A DNA stretch of 64,000 nt, from positions 432,894 through 496,893 of the forward strand of contig NW_004797788.1 of NCBI RefSeq assembly GCF_000002075.1, written 5' to 3'. The translations under genes and the position numbers were made by a program. The notes under the pieces are model-generated. The model worked only from the letters and a program-made list of their open reading frames with translations, did not search any database and was not told the origin of the DNA. Shown piece after piece: positions 62,708 through 64,000 of this stretch (the stretch's first letter is position 1; each line of letters starts with the position of its first letter). The stretch is from Aplysia californica. Lineage: Eukaryota.

Positions 62708-62883
62708 ATGTGCGGGTGGTTGGCGGGTGCTCTGGTGTGGTTTGCTCCTTCTTTCCTATCAAACATCTATCATCCTTATCTCCTTCTTTTTTGTGTTTGT
62801 TACTCTCTTGTAACACTTCTAATCTTCGACACTTTTTTGACTTTATTGTGTTGCAAGTGCCGTAAAACTCTTACTAAAACTAA
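62708..62883 (+). mobile_element. Short retroposon family C, copy 2
   Basis: TSD AGACTGAC (62700-62707 / 62884-62891). Confidence 0.8.
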
Positions 62884-62891
62884 AGACTGAC

Positions 62892-63350
62892 TTGTTGTTT
62901 TAGGGTTATCTTTGTAGACAAAGCAGCTTCCATCAGTGCCAGGAGACAATAGCCTTGCACCATGTATAGTGTCTTGAACTTCATCAACTGGCTGGTCAGG
63001 CAGTGGCAATCTCTCCAATTCTAAGCACGGGCCTTTTGTCACGACTTCAGTGTTTCTTGAGGCTTTACTCTGTGGCAATTTTCCTTTGACTGCTGGACAA
63101 GTGTTTCCTCAAACCTATAAAAGTCCTTCAGAATGTCTGTCTGTGGGATCTGATGTTTTAGGAAGCTACCATAGTCTCAGATGTATGGATGGCCTCCATA
63201 CATGTTTTGTTATATATGTGTAAGATGTCTTTGTGCTGTAGTTGTGGCTTGCCTGTAGAAAGCTTCCCCTGAGTCAATTCCTGAAAGAGGTCCTTGCGTA
63301 CAGTGCAGCTATCATCAGGTGCACCGTTTGGTAGAATTATGCCTGACATT
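62892..63350 (-). mobile_element. Decayed RTE (BovB-like) LINE 3' fragment
   Basis: RKDLFQELTQGKLSTGKPQLQHKDI resembles the RTE motif PKDLLYGEL..GKR..GRPQLRYKD. Confidence 0.6.
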
Positions 63351-64000
63351 GTTAGCTTAATACTGAGACTGGGAAAGATGCATTACATATGAACAATGTT
63401 TTTGCACTCAGTCCTGGACTTGTACTAGTGCAGGAATATGTTCACAAAACAGACTCTGTAATTCTTGGTATTGGTTTATTTTGTCAGTGTTGTTTTGGTA
63501 GCATGCACGAGGTGGTAGCCATCTTTTTATTGTTTTTCTCTTCTCAATGTAGAGTAATAGAGATGGAAGGGGTGGAAGGAAAAGAGAAGAAAGAGAATGA
63601 GAGAGAGAAAGTGATGCTTCCGAATTTGAAGCATGAACATTTTCCAGCTGGTAGTCAGGGATTTAAATGTTAGATGGGGAGTCATCATGCTATCCCATGA
63701 ACATTTTGTATTCAGACACAATGAGTCTGAAGTCAACTGGTCAAGGGCTGATAAGGAGTTGCATGTCTTCAATGAAGTGAGTTCTGGCAGCTTTTTCTTC
63801 TCCAAAACTGAAGCTAACTGGACTCTTGTCTTTGTTCTACTTTATGAGACAGTACCAATTGACATGGTTCTGAGACCAATCCTGATCAAAAAAGATTTAT
63901 AGCGAAGCAACAAAGATTACTCCCAAAGTGGGTAGAGTGCGTAACCTCTCACTCGTACTTCACTCTGCTGAGACTTTTTTGCTGAAATGTTATAGAACGT

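Overview
AT-rich, intron-rich animal genomic DNA with three assembly gaps (21536-21697, 43434-43533, 47828-48678). It is probably a mollusc (gastropod-like, inferred only from the SINE/LINE repertoire). The main feature is a complete + strand LRRC71 orthologue (ciliary/sperm leucine-rich repeat protein): 15 phase-consistent coding exons from ATG 2878 to TAG 34680 (1590 nt, 529 aa), plus a likely 3'UTR intron. A second + strand gene of unknown identity starts at about 49637, with three phase-0 exons visible, and runs off the window. The rest is mobile DNA: a frameshifted RTE LINE, L2/CR1, I/Nimb and RTE-BovB fragments, a decayed pogo-like transposon, TA- and TTAA-flanked MITEs, and SINEs. Two observations stand out. 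(1) The nearly TE-free LRRC71 introns that flank exon 12, in the disordered Lys-rich linker, hold a series of frame-preserving candidate microexons (9-45 nt) with strand-biased UGCAUG (Rbfox) clusters, an ACUAAC (Quaking) site and a hairpin masking an Rbfox site. This looks like a combinatorial microexon module. (2) One ~45-nt I/Nimb LINE 3' tail is shared by at least three unrelated short retroposon families, two of which lack a tRNA head; most copies have target-site duplications. No prokaryotic-type features such as CRISPR arrays are present.
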